A stretch of DNA of 64,000 nt from Cyclobacteriaceae bacterium (GTDB taxonomy: Bacteria; Bacteroidota; Bacteroidia; Cytophagales; Cyclobacteriaceae), in contig JABFRS010000001.1 in the NCBI GenBank assembly GCA_013141055.1, positions 2,967,319-3,031,318 on the forward strand. The letters run 5' to 3'. Each line of letters starts with the position of its first letter. Within the stretch, counting starts at the first letter, position 1. Under the pieces are notes generated by a model. That model had not been told where the DNA came from. It did no database searches and was given only the letters and a program-made list of their open reading frames with translations. The translations under genes were made by a program, and so were the position numbers. This document shows positions 36,042 through 45,178 of this stretch, piece after piece.

Positions 36042-36239
36042 AGCCCCGTTAGGGGCGACCTGTTTGTAGAAAAGTAATTCTAAGTGATGGTCAAGCTCCG
36101 TAGGAGCGGCCTGTTGCTTTGCATATTTTTTGATAAGAAAGTTTGAGCTGTTTTTTTTAATTTAATAACAGGTCGCTCCTACGGAGCTATGTCCTGTCTC
36201 AGAAGAACCTTACTACAAACAGGGCGCTCCTATGGAGCT
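36042..36239. repeat. Cluster of four REP-like palindromes in nested inverted arrangement
   Basis: AGCCCCGTTAGGGGCGACCTGTTTGTAG (36042), AGCTCCGTAGGAGCGGCCTGTT (36094), AACAGGTCGCTCCTACGGAGCT (36167), CTACAAACAGGGCGCTCCTATGGAGCT (36213). Confidence 0.85.
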
Positions 36240-36259
36240 ATGACTCGTAAGATTATTTT

Positions 36260-36964
36260 TTATCCGATGGTAAGCTTCCCCTCATTCATAACCGGTACGA
36301 TGGAGTACTGATCAGGAGTCAGGCAGAATTCAATGTCTTTGTGAATGTTAAGTCTGTTAAGACGTTTAACGTGCGATGAGTTGTTGAGGAACTTGACCAT
36401 ATCATCTTTTGCAAGATTATAAAGATGCTGCGCTACGAGTGGAGCATCGCAGTCGGGCTCGATGTGATTTCTTAATTTTTCCATGATCGCTCCGGCGAAG
36501 AGCGTGTCTTCAAGATTGACCTTTCCTTTCCATCCTGCGCAGATGATCAGCACACTGTTTTCTCCGAAGAGGAGATATTTTACAACAGAGGAAAGATTAA
36601 GGAAAGAACCAATGATAATTTTCTTAGCGCCAAAAGCTTTTTCAATGGCTTGCGTTCCATTGGTGGTGGTGAAGGCGATTTTCTTTTCCTTGATGTCGGC
36701 ACCCATGTACTCAAAAGGAGAGTTGCCTCTGTCGAAGCCATCAACTTTTTTTCCATCACGTTCACCTGAAGTGATATATCCTTTTTCTTTCATTGCCTGG
36801 CAGGCGGAAAGATCAGCGAAGGGTGTGATGCTTTCAACACCGTGTGCGAATGCTGTGACCATGCAGGAAGTAGCGCGGAGAATATCAACCACCACAACCG
36901 TACGGTCTTTCACATCATACAAGTGCATTAACTCAGGACTGAGACAGACATCAATTGATTTCAT
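36260..36964 (-). CDS. comB: 2-phosphosulfolactate phosphatase family
   Basis: VVVDILRATS, SGERDG, GNSP, TTTNGT, NLEDTLFAG. Confidence 0.9.
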   Translation of the reverse strand: MKSIDVCLSPELMHLYDVKDRTVVVVDILRATSCMVTAFAHGVESITPFADLSACQAMKEKGYITSGERDGKKVDGFDRGNSPFEYMGADIKEKKIAFTTTNGTQAIEKAFGAKKIIIGSFLNLSSVVKYLLFGENSVLIICAGWKGKVNLEDTLFAGAIMEKLRNHIEPDCDAPLVAQHLYNLAKDDMVKFLNNSSHVKRLNRLNIHKDIEFCLTPDQYSIVPVMNEGKLTIG

Positions 36965-37581
36965 TTTGTGCAGGGGTGTTGTTGACAGTTCTTTTCAACT
37001 TGTTTTTTTGACATCTCACTACCAAGGCTTGATGCCAGACACCAGTCTTCGCAAGCTTTTTTTTTGTTGCCTAATTTGGAAAGAGCGTTTCCCCGATTAT
37101 GCAATGAGCTCAGATGGTTCGGATTTAAGCGGATAGATGCATCCAGATCACTTACAGCTTTGGAATATAATCCCTGCTTTAAATAAAAAGTACCACGTTG
37201 AGAATAGTATTGATAATCTTCCTGGGTTAATGAAATGGCTTTTGAGTAATACCATTCTGCTGAATCAGGTTTTTCAATTTTTTCGAAAAGAGCTCCTGCC
37301 TGGAAATAATACTCAGGTTCATCTGAAAGTTGTTGCGCCAGAATTTTGTAGTCGGCAAGGGCTTCGTTGTACTTTAGGAGATAAGAATAAGACAGTGCCC
37401 TGTGATAACGATAGGTGGAGTATCTTGGGTATTTATCGACGAGAAAACTGAAAATAGAGATAGCTTCTTCGTACTTTTTCTCCTCCATTAACTTTAATGC
37501 ATTATTTGATTCAACCAGATATTCTTGTTGTTGAGCAACGGCTGCATTGGCCAGGAAAATCAGAAAGAGAAGAAACTTCAT
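36961..37581 (-). CDS. Exported TPR-repeat protein
   Basis: Signal peptide; repeats such as YYSQRGTFYLKQGLYSKAVSDLDASIRLNP; start and stop overlap the neighbouring genes. Confidence 0.85.
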   Translation of the reverse strand: MKFLLFLIFLANAAVAQQQEYLVESNNALKLMEEKKYEEAISIFSFLVDKYPRYSTYRYHRALSYSYLLKYNEALADYKILAQQLSDEPEYYFQAGALFEKIEKPDSAEWYYSKAISLTQEDYQYYSQRGTFYLKQGLYSKAVSDLDASIRLNPNHLSSLHNRGNALSKLGNKKKACEDWCLASSLGSEMSKKQVEKNCQQHPCTK

Positions 37582-37582
37582 T

Positions 37583-38665
37583 TTAGATCATTGGAAGTTT
37601 GGCAACGCTGGCCTTCAAACCTTTTCCGCGGACATCAATAAAAATTTCTGAGCCCACTTTAGAGTTTTCGATAGTAACGTAACCAAGCCCTACTCCAATC
37701 CCCAATACCGGAGAGATCGTCCCCGATGTAACTTTTCCGATGACATTTCCTGTTGCATCCTTGATGGGATAATCGTGACGGGGAATGCCCTTGTCAATCA
37801 TTTTGAATCCAACCAGCTTGCGCGTGACGCCTTCCTCTTTTTGTTTCTTTAATGCAGAGGAGTTGGTGAAGTCTTTCGTGAATTTCGTGATCCATCCAAG
37901 ACCACCTTCCAATGGAGAGGTTGTATCATCAATATCATTTCCGTAAAGGCAGAAGCCCATCTCCAGGCGAAGGGTATCACGGGCGCCTAATCCAATCGGT
38001 TTGATGTTTTCATTTTTACCGGCTTCAAAGATTGCGTTCCAGATCTTTACGCCATCGGCAGCCTTGCAATAGATCTCAAAACCACCGGCACCGGTGTAGC
38101 CTGTATTGCTGATAACAACATTAGAGAGTCCCGCAAATTCACCAATAGCAAAATGATAGTATGGAATTTTGGATAGGTCAGTCTTTGTCAATGCCTGCAA
38201 AACAGCTGAGGCTTTTGGTCCCTGTACAGCAAAAAGACATGTATCATCTGATACATTTTTCATCTCTGCTTTTTTGGTATTGAATTTTGAGATCCAGTTC
38301 CAGTCCTTGTCGATGTTTGAAGCATTGACCACCAGCATGTAATCATTGTCATGGATCTTATAAACGATAAGGTCATCCACGATACCGCCGTCTTCATTCG
38401 GGAGACAGGAGTATTGCGCCTGGCCATCTATTAGTTTGCTTGCATCGTTGCTGGTAACTCTCTGTATAAGGTCCAGTGCATCCGGGCCTTTCACGGTAAA
38501 CTCTCCCATGTGCGACACATCAAATACCCCCACACCGTTACGTACGGTCATGTGTTCTTCAAGATCAGATGAGTAGCGGACCGGCATATTGAATCCGGCA
38601 AACGGAACCATCTTGGCGCCAAGCGCTTCGTGAATATCATTGAGGGGTACTTTCTTTAATTCCAT
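37583..38665 (-). CDS. gcvT: Glycine cleavage system aminomethyltransferase T
   Basis: [44 protein letters not shown]. Confidence 0.97.
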   Translation of the reverse strand: MELKKVPLNDIHEALGAKMVPFAGFNMPVRYSSDLEEHMTVRNGVGVFDVSHMGEFTVKGPDALDLIQRVTSNDASKLIDGQAQYSCLPNEDGGIVDDLIVYKIHDNDYMLVVNASNIDKDWNWISKFNTKKAEMKNVSDDTCLFAVQGPKASAVLQALTKTDLSKIPYYHFAIGEFAGLSNVVISNTGYTGAGGFEIYCKAADGVKIWNAIFEAGKNENIKPIGLGARDTLRLEMGFCLYGNDIDDTTSPLEGGLGWITKFTKDFTNSSALKKQKEEGVTRKLVGFKMIDKGIPRHDYPIKDATGNVIGKVTSGTISPVLGIGVGLGYVTIENSKVGSEIFIDVRGKGLKASVAKLPMI

Positions 38666-38686
38666 GTGATTTTATAATGAGGTGGG

Positions 38687-38694
38687 CAAAGGTA
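38687..38694 (-). promoter_or_regulatory. Bacteroidota -7 promoter box upstream of gcvT
   Basis: Minus strand TACCTTTG (exact TAnnTTTG), 21 nt before the ATG. Confidence 0.6.
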
Positions 38695-38749
38695 ACGGGA
38701 AGAACTGAAAGAAGCGAAAGGAGATAAGAAGGATTTTGGCGTAAATCCG

Positions 38750-41728
38750 TTATTGAATCACCAATGAGGATAGCTGATTCCGGGAAACAAATTTCTGAAA
38801 GGCAGCAGGAGAGATGAGACCCTTCAGAGTCTGAAGTGCGCTGGCAGCATAATCATCATACTCATTCGCCTGAGCGATTGGAATGTAAGCCTTGAGAATT
38901 TTAACGGAGTTGGGATTTACCTGCAGCGCCTCTGAGAGGATGGTGTAGGATCTTCTCTTTGAACTTCTTTTGAAGAAATCGGAAGCTGCCACAACTCCTT
39001 CATCAAACATATAATTGTTTTTCGCGAGCCAGTTAAAGTTCTTTGAAGCAGAGAGGGTATCATTGGTATTCAGATTTCGCAATGCTTCATAGTAAACGCG
39101 TTCAGTTTCGCGATAAGCTCCAAACGATACTCCCTTTTTAATTTGTTCATCAATCAATTGCCAGTAATTCTGGGCGGCAAACATTCGCAATTCGTAGTAT
39201 TTGATCTTTGCAAAGAGTTCGATATCGGTGAGATGAAGTCCCTGAAGTCGTTTATAGGTGTATGCTGCTTTGGAAACCTCGTCAAGGGAGAACCATTTTT
39301 TTGAACGATCAAGAATAGCTTTTGCTTTAAGATCTTCATTGATGATCTGATTGACCAGTGAATTGAAAGATATAGAATCATAGATTGAAACGCGGTGGCG
39401 CAGGTATTGATACTTTTCTTTATCGCTGAAGCCCTGGTACCACGAAGCATCTCCTGCCAGTACTCTTTTCATACTTTCCGCGATGGAGCGAATCACGGTA
39501 TCCTTTTTATAATGAAGCGTATCCCACGCGATGATCGCTTCATTGATCCTGCCAACTTCTGTGATCGTTACCGCATTCACAAGGGAAGTTTGTGGCGATG
39601 TGTACATGGCATAATGCAGAAATGCGGATGCAAGATCCGGTTTGTCATGATCCAAAGACCACAAGGCCATGGTGATATTGTGAATTCCAGGATTGGAGGA
39701 AGTCGACATGACTTCTTGTAAGAGTTCAAAGGCACGGTTTACCAATCCTGCTGCATAGTATGCCCGTGCTGCCGGAATAAGTACCAGCTCACTGTAATCC
39801 TTGTTTTGTTTTTTGCGGGCAACTGCTGCAGAGCTGGCAACAAATGCTGTATCAATTATGCCGATGTGATTGGTGATATAATTTCCAATCATCGTCGCCG
39901 TGAAAAGATTAAGAGTCGAATCTTTGGGGAGATCCATTTTAATATCCATCACTTTCCCCTGGTGGTTGGCGATGGCAATGATGTTGCTTTTGATTTTTGG
40001 TGGCTCTGATTCTGAAGCTTTGTAAAGGGAATCAGCATTGACCTTTGTATCATAACTAGCCATCAGTCCGAAGAAATTCATTTCAGCGGAAGGACGTGTC
40101 AGATTATTTTTCTGAGCTTCTTCAAAATAGTGAGAAGCAGAATCGGTCATTCCCAGTTTTGAAAACGAGATCGCAAGATTGTTTTTGATAGCGCCGCTTT
40201 TTGGCTGGAGCTTATAGGCTTCCTGAAGCACGATCAGCTCTTCCAGACTATTCCCTGAAAAGGTGGCAGCATTATTAAGGAGCGTAAACTCGGTAGGCCG
40301 GTATGAGTTTGCGCCGTTAAGATATTTTCTTTGATTAAGGGTATTGCTTTTCAGTGCTTCATTCTTTGCCAGGGCAGTAGCAGCGTGTTGATTATACGGT
40401 GCATAAAAATAGGCACGTTTGTAGTAGCCGGTGCTGAGTGTTTCATCCTGCTGAGTGAACAGATCACCAAGTGAAGTATAGTACCCGGAAATAAAATGAT
40501 TAACAGGAGCCATCCAGTTGTTATAGAAAACAAAAGCCAGCGTGAAGATCAGTCCCGCCAGACGGTAAGAGATGTACGGCATGGCCGTTGGCTTATAAAG
40601 TACCCGCGACACCTTATAGTTGGCGATGAGCATGGGCATGAAATTGGAAATGACATAGAGGAAGAAGATCATCCCATATCCAATGTGAGCATAAAGAATG
40701 AGGTCACTTAAAGAAAGCACAACGAGATCATTTGCGGAGGCAATAAAATAGCCGAGGGTGCCGAATGATAAAACTGCTAATGATCCGATGAGATAAACTG
40801 CGAATGGATCCGCTGTGAGAATGTTTTCATATACAGGCTCTCGTTGACGGATTCCCCACAGCGCAAGAATTCCGGATATCACCAGCAACAAGACAGGTGG
40901 AATGGTAAAGGCCCACTCGATGTAGTTTATTCTATCGAGGTACGTGAACCACAGATTGACGAGATAGAATAAGCTGATAATGACATAGTGCCGGAGAGTT
41001 TTTGAATTCTGCGTTCCTTTCCCTACCAATGAAACAAAAGATGCCATGATCTCATGTGCAACAAGCACAATAAAAAGAATGGTGATCACGAGGGAGGATG
41101 AGAGTGTGTTTACTGCGAGGTAGCGAAGTGGATGTTGTGCTGTTGAAAAATTAGAAATGATAAGTCCTGTTATGATCGTTGCGATGAGGAATCCCCCTAT
41201 CCGGTATAAAAGGGATGCTGATTTATTCAGGAATTGAAAGTAAAGAGCTGTGCCGATCAATATGATCATGATCCCGATGGTAGGGATCTTGTTGTACAGG
41301 CCAAAGATCTCCAATGTCTCCAGCTGGAAACTTGAAATCATGAACACTGCCGCGCCGGCACCCACCAGGAACCAGAATCTGGGAAGAGCAGAAATGATGG
41401 CAAGGATCATTACCATTGCCGCTGCAAACAAAAATAAGTAGATGTCCAGGGCAGAGAGATCAATCTGCATTGGCTTTCCTGCCCAGCGTTCAAAGAGAAT
41501 ATAATTTTCCGTCAGGACGGGAATGTTAATTCCGCCGACCTCTATATTATAGACAGGAATTTCCTGGCGTTTGAGATCCTGAAATTGCTCCCATGCAAAT
41601 ACGGGAGCTGGATGTTTTGCAAATGAAAAAACCAGGATACCAACGGATGCAGTAAAGGTGATCAATACAATCCACCACAGACGTTGATAAACAGGTGGCC
41701 AGCTTTTCCAGAATTGTAGGATGTACAT
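38750..41728 (-). CDS. Large hypothetical membrane protein: polytopic N-terminus plus TPR-like C-terminus
   Basis: 992 aa; a dozen or so hydrophobic helices in the first ~400 aa, then a helical Ala/Tyr-rich region (KNNLAISFSKLGMTDSASHYFEEA). Confidence 0.8.
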   Translation of the reverse strand: MYILQFWKSWPPVYQRLWWIVLITFTASVGILVFSFAKHPAPVFAWEQFQDLKRQEIPVYNIEVGGINIPVLTENYILFERWAGKPMQIDLSALDIYLFLFAAAMVMILAIISALPRFWFLVGAGAAVFMISSFQLETLEIFGLYNKIPTIGIMIILIGTALYFQFLNKSASLLYRIGGFLIATIITGLIISNFSTAQHPLRYLAVNTLSSSLVITILFIVLVAHEIMASFVSLVGKGTQNSKTLRHYVIISLFYLVNLWFTYLDRINYIEWAFTIPPVLLLVISGILALWGIRQREPVYENILTADPFAVYLIGSLAVLSFGTLGYFIASANDLVVLSLSDLILYAHIGYGMIFFLYVISNFMPMLIANYKVSRVLYKPTAMPYISYRLAGLIFTLAFVFYNNWMAPVNHFISGYYTSLGDLFTQQDETLSTGYYKRAYFYAPYNQHAATALAKNEALKSNTLNQRKYLNGANSYRPTEFTLLNNAATFSGNSLEELIVLQEAYKLQPKSGAIKNNLAISFSKLGMTDSASHYFEEAQKNNLTRPSAEMNFFGLMASYDTKVNADSLYKASESEPPKIKSNIIAIANHQGKVMDIKMDLPKDSTLNLFTATMIGNYITNHIGIIDTAFVASSAAVARKKQNKDYSELVLIPAARAYYAAGLVNRAFELLQEVMSTSSNPGIHNITMALWSLDHDKPDLASAFLHYAMYTSPQTSLVNAVTITEVGRINEAIIAWDTLHYKKDTVIRSIAESMKRVLAGDASWYQGFSDKEKYQYLRHRVSIYDSISFNSLVNQIINEDLKAKAILDRSKKWFSLDEVSKAAYTYKRLQGLHLTDIELFAKIKYYELRMFAAQNYWQLIDEQIKKGVSFGAYRETERVYYEALRNLNTNDTLSASKNFNWLAKNNYMFDEGVVAASDFFKRSSKRRSYTILSEALQVNPNSVKILKAYIPIAQANEYDDYAASALQTLKGLISPAAFQKFVSRNQLSSLVIQ

Positions 41729-41743
41729 GTTCGTCCGTTGTGT

Positions 41744-42031
41744 TTACTCCAGGACTTTTGGTACACGAAAATAATCAGCGTCTTTTTTAGGAGCGTTCAG
41801 CAGGGCCTGATCATGAGGCAGGTGAGGTTTCACTTCATCCTCTCTTAACGCGTTCACCTCATGACTCATCGTAGTGAGAGGTTCAACTCCCTCGGTATTG
41901 ACTTCATTCAACTGTTCTACCCATGTTACAATGGCCGACATCTCTTTCATCACCTTCTCAGCATCTTTCTCTTCAAACTCAAGTCGGGAGAGGTGAGCAA
42001 TTTTATCCAGTAAGGTCCTGTCAATTTTCAT
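41744..42031 (-). CDS. gatC: Asp-tRNA(Asn)/Glu-tRNA(Gln) amidotransferase subunit C
   Basis: KIAHLSRLEF, LREDEV, NAP, YFRVPKV; 95 aa. Confidence 0.95.
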   Translation of the reverse strand: MKIDRTLLDKIAHLSRLEFEEKDAEKVMKEMSAIVTWVEQLNEVNTEGVEPLTTMSHEVNALREDEVKPHLPHDQALLNAPKKDADYFRVPKVLE

Positions 42032-42753
42032 TTCTTATACTTACAAATCTCGTCTTCAATGATGGTGAATACCTTTTGTTTTAGAGTATCCACATCTGCC
42101 AATGTCATGTTGTTAGTTTCGATGGGCTCGTGAAATATTACTTTGACATTTCCCTGCCTCAACAAAAACTCATCGGGTGGCAAAATTATCCAATTATAAG
42201 GAATGGTGACGGGCACGATCGGGATTTGTTTTTCAATGGCCAACCGGAAGGCGCCATCTTTGAATCTGACCATTGCGGGTGCATTCTCTGTAAAAATTCC
42301 ACCTTCAGGATACAGGACAAGACTTTTTCCATCATCAATGGCCTGGCCTGACTTAATAAATGTTTCATACTTACTTCTCAGGCGATTCCGGTCAACGGTG
42401 ATGTGAAGCTTCCCATACATGAATCCGAAGAACGGAACCTTCTCCATATCATTCTTCCCAACGAATATGGTATTGATGGGATTGAGTCCCATGGTTGGAA
42501 TATCGAGATAGGAGAAATGATTGGGACAGAATATGTATTGCTTTCCCGGATCGAGCTTTGATCTGCTCTCCACTTTATAGGGAAGCACCACAAACGTGAA
42601 AAGAAGTTTTGCCCACAGCCGGTTAATAATTCCAACCCAGGAGAATTTCTTTGGGAAGGCAATGGGAATCAGAAGGGGAAAGAAAAAGATTATAAAAAGA
42701 ATGAGGAATACAAACGAACCATAGGCAGTGTGTATTCCTCTCAATATCCTCAT
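42028..42753 (-). CDS. Lysophospholipid acyltransferase family (PlsC-like)
   Basis: NHFSYLD (HX4D), YPEGG, FKDGAFRLA. Confidence 0.9.
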   Translation of the reverse strand: MRILRGIHTAYGSFVFLILFIIFFFPLLIPIAFPKKFSWVGIINRLWAKLLFTFVVLPYKVESRSKLDPGKQYIFCPNHFSYLDIPTMGLNPINTIFVGKNDMEKVPFFGFMYGKLHITVDRNRLRSKYETFIKSGQAIDDGKSLVLYPEGGIFTENAPAMVRFKDGAFRLAIEKQIPIVPVTIPYNWIILPPDEFLLRQGNVKVIFHEPIETNNMTLADVDTLKQKVFTIIEDEICKYKK

Positions 42754-42792
42754 GAAGTGTTAAAAAATTTAATCCTTCACGCGGTAAATAAA

Positions 42793-44115
42793 TTACTTCG
42801 CGTTCGGAATAGGTTTAGGTATAAGTATCAGTTCTGTTTGCCGGCCATCAATATAGCGAAAACCTGTCTCATCAAAGTATCCATCTTCCTCTAATTGTAC
42901 ACGCACGTCTTTTTTCCATTCGGGAATATTTACGGAACAATTTAGTTCAATGGAGTATGCTGTTTTATAATGTTGGGGATAATCACCAGTGTTGGGAACT
43001 CCACCTTGCATGTCCCACTGTCCGATGGTAGTGCCGGCTGCGTGACCATGAAATCCTATCGGGTGTGTGTAGATGGATGGAGTGATTCCTTCCGCGATGG
43101 CTTGCTTACGTGAGTCAGCAAGTATCTGGTTTCCTGTTTTACCTTCTTTGAAATTGGAGGTGAGGATATCCTGAAGTCTGTTTCCCTTCTTCAATGCATT
43201 GCGCAAAAATTCAGGAGCTTCCGTTTCGCCTGGCTTTAGAACATAAGCATGTTGTTGAGTGTCGGTGTTCAATCTTAAATATTTAATTCCAAAGTCAACC
43301 CATAAGAAATCACCGGGTAAGATGAGCAATGGGTTTGCGCGTTTGAGTGTGACGGCTTCGGGTTCATTCCGCTGAATGGCAACGGAAGGATGGAACCAGG
43401 TGTCGAGCTTGAGTTCTTTGATCTTTTCGCGATACCACCAGACAACATCTTCTGTGGTAGTTACGCCCGGCTGAATCACCTTATCTGTAAATCCTTCTGC
43501 AATGATGTTGTGAGCGATCCGGCAGATCTGCTGATAGATGATCATTTCTTTTTCTGTACGTGATTCGAGCCACGCAACGGAAAGTTTTTCAGCGGATACA
43601 ACTTTAGGCTGCAATGCTTTTGGAAGCACACTGATTAGTTTATCAAAATCATTGGATGTTAATCCATCAGAGTGTCCCCAGGAAGGAGCTTTGTTCACAC
43701 CGATCTTTTTTGGATTGCGGTCGGCTATTATTTTTCCAAGCTGTGCCCATTGATCAGGGTTTGCATCGGGTTCCCATGCGCGCTTAAAAACTTTACCAAC
43801 ATCATAGCGTGCGACAGCGAGATATTCCATTTCAGTTCCTTTGTCAAAAGCAACGAGCATTGTTGTGCGTCGTGCTGCCATCCAGGTTGCAGGAAGTAAC
43901 GTTTCGATAACGGGGTCTTCATTGTATTCACGGGAGACGACTACCCACATATCAAAACCCTCACGACGCATGAGTGCTGGTAAAAGAGTACGAAGACGAT
44001 CATCAAGAAGTTCGTCAATGACTTTGGCCTGATCGCGTTGGGTAAGCACGAGCGGGTATTGCGCGAAGCTGCTTCCCAGTACAAAGACAAGGAGAAGCGT
44101 TAGAAATGATTTCAT
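42793..44115 (-). CDS. M24 family (Xaa-Pro aminopeptidase-like) metallopeptidase
   Basis: Signal peptide; metal-ligand motifs VDFG, TDTQ, HPIGFHGH, SIE and LEED. Confidence 0.85.
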   Translation of the reverse strand: MKSFLTLLLVFVLGSSFAQYPLVLTQRDQAKVIDELLDDRLRTLLPALMRREGFDMWVVVSREYNEDPVIETLLPATWMAARRTTMLVAFDKGTEMEYLAVARYDVGKVFKRAWEPDANPDQWAQLGKIIADRNPKKIGVNKAPSWGHSDGLTSNDFDKLISVLPKALQPKVVSAEKLSVAWLESRTEKEMIIYQQICRIAHNIIAEGFTDKVIQPGVTTTEDVVWWYREKIKELKLDTWFHPSVAIQRNEPEAVTLKRANPLLILPGDFLWVDFGIKYLRLNTDTQQHAYVLKPGETEAPEFLRNALKKGNRLQDILTSNFKEGKTGNQILADSRKQAIAEGITPSIYTHPIGFHGHAAGTTIGQWDMQGGVPNTGDYPQHYKTAYSIELNCSVNIPEWKKDVRVQLEEDGYFDETGFRYIDGRQTELILIPKPIPNAK

Positions 44116-44226
44116 AGGTTTTTAGTTTTGGGTCTTTCGAGAAGCCTTGACGTAAGGCTTAACGGTTGTTGGGAAGATATTACTAAAATTCTGTTTCGGG
44201 GAGAAAAAAAGTGCTGACCGGTAATC

Positions 44227-44790
44227 TCAGGCAAATTTTAAAATACATCGTTCATCTTTTAAGAGCGCGCCTGCATTTTCGACATCGATTCCTGAGCGTG
44301 CATCATCCATTTGTTCTTTCATCGCTGCCTTGATCTCGCGGACACGCATGGCTTCGATAAATCTTTTCACATCTTCTTTATTTTCCAGGATCAATTTGGG
44401 AACGATTGCGGGTTTTTCATCTTCACCCTTTGCTACCATGGTAAAGAAAGATGAGTTGGTATGCTTGACTATTCCGGTCTTGACATTGAGAGCTTCAACC
44501 CTGATGCCTACCACGAGAGAAGTTCTTCCTACATAATTGACGGAACCATGCATGGAAACCAGTTCACCCACTTCCACAGGCTGTAGAAACTCAACTTTAT
44601 CAACTGAAACTGTTACACAATATTCTCCTGCATGTTTGCTCGCGCATGCGTAAGCTAATTTATCCATGAGCGAGAGAAGCGTGCCGCCGTGGATCTTGCC
44701 ACCAAAGTTGGCATACGAAGGAACCATCAGTTCAGTGATCGTGGTCTGGGAATTTCTAACGGGCTTGGCGGAGTCTTTCATAAAGAACAT
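44227..44790 (-). CDS. Acyl-CoA thioesterase (hotdog fold)
   Basis: ANFGGKIHGGTLLSLMD, VTVSVDKVEFLQPVEVG, GRTSLVVG. Confidence 0.92.
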   Translation of the reverse strand: MFFMKDSAKPVRNSQTTITELMVPSYANFGGKIHGGTLLSLMDKLAYACASKHAGEYCVTVSVDKVEFLQPVEVGELVSMHGSVNYVGRTSLVVGIRVEALNVKTGIVKHTNSSFFTMVAKGEDEKPAIVPKLILENKEDVKRFIEAMRVREIKAAMKEQMDDARSGIDVENAGALLKDERCILKFA

Positions 44791-44895
44791 GTGGAGATGG
44801 TGAAGGTAAAATTTTAAGTGGAAAGTTTAAAGCTGGATACCCAACAGTTTTCAATAGCTCAAAAAACCTTACTTTTAGCCCACAATAAAATTTAT

Positions 44896-45168
44896 ATGCC
44901 TCAATTCAATCCAAAGCAAGTAGAAGAGATCAACGGTATCATTGAAACGATAAAGAAGTCAGTGAAGAAGGGTAGTGAGATCGGTGCCCGCGAAAAGACA
45001 ACGCTGTCAGCGCTTTTGAGAGCAAATAAAATTGAGAAGAAAGCAAAGCATTTCCCTTGCATCAGAGAGTATTCAAGCGCTATTGTATCCCATTTTGTAA
45101 AAGAGGAAGGGTTGAAGCTGAATAAGTTCAGCATGAATCTTCAGACATCAATCTATCTGATTGATTAG
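44896..45168 (+). CDS. Small basic hypothetical protein (90 aa)
   Basis: ATG 44896 preceded by an AT-rich region; fills the gap between a divergent and a convergent gene; no recognised motif. Confidence 0.6.
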   Translation: MPQFNPKQVEEINGIIETIKKSVKKGSEIGAREKTTLSALLRANKIEKKAKHFPCIREYSSAIVSHFVKEEGLKLNKFSMNLQTSIYLID

Positions 45169-45178
45169 TGTCCTGGAA

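Noticed and set aside
36260-36964. Coenzyme M biosynthesis
   Set aside because: No other com genes in the window; ComB-family phosphatases are widespread in bacteria that lack the pathway.
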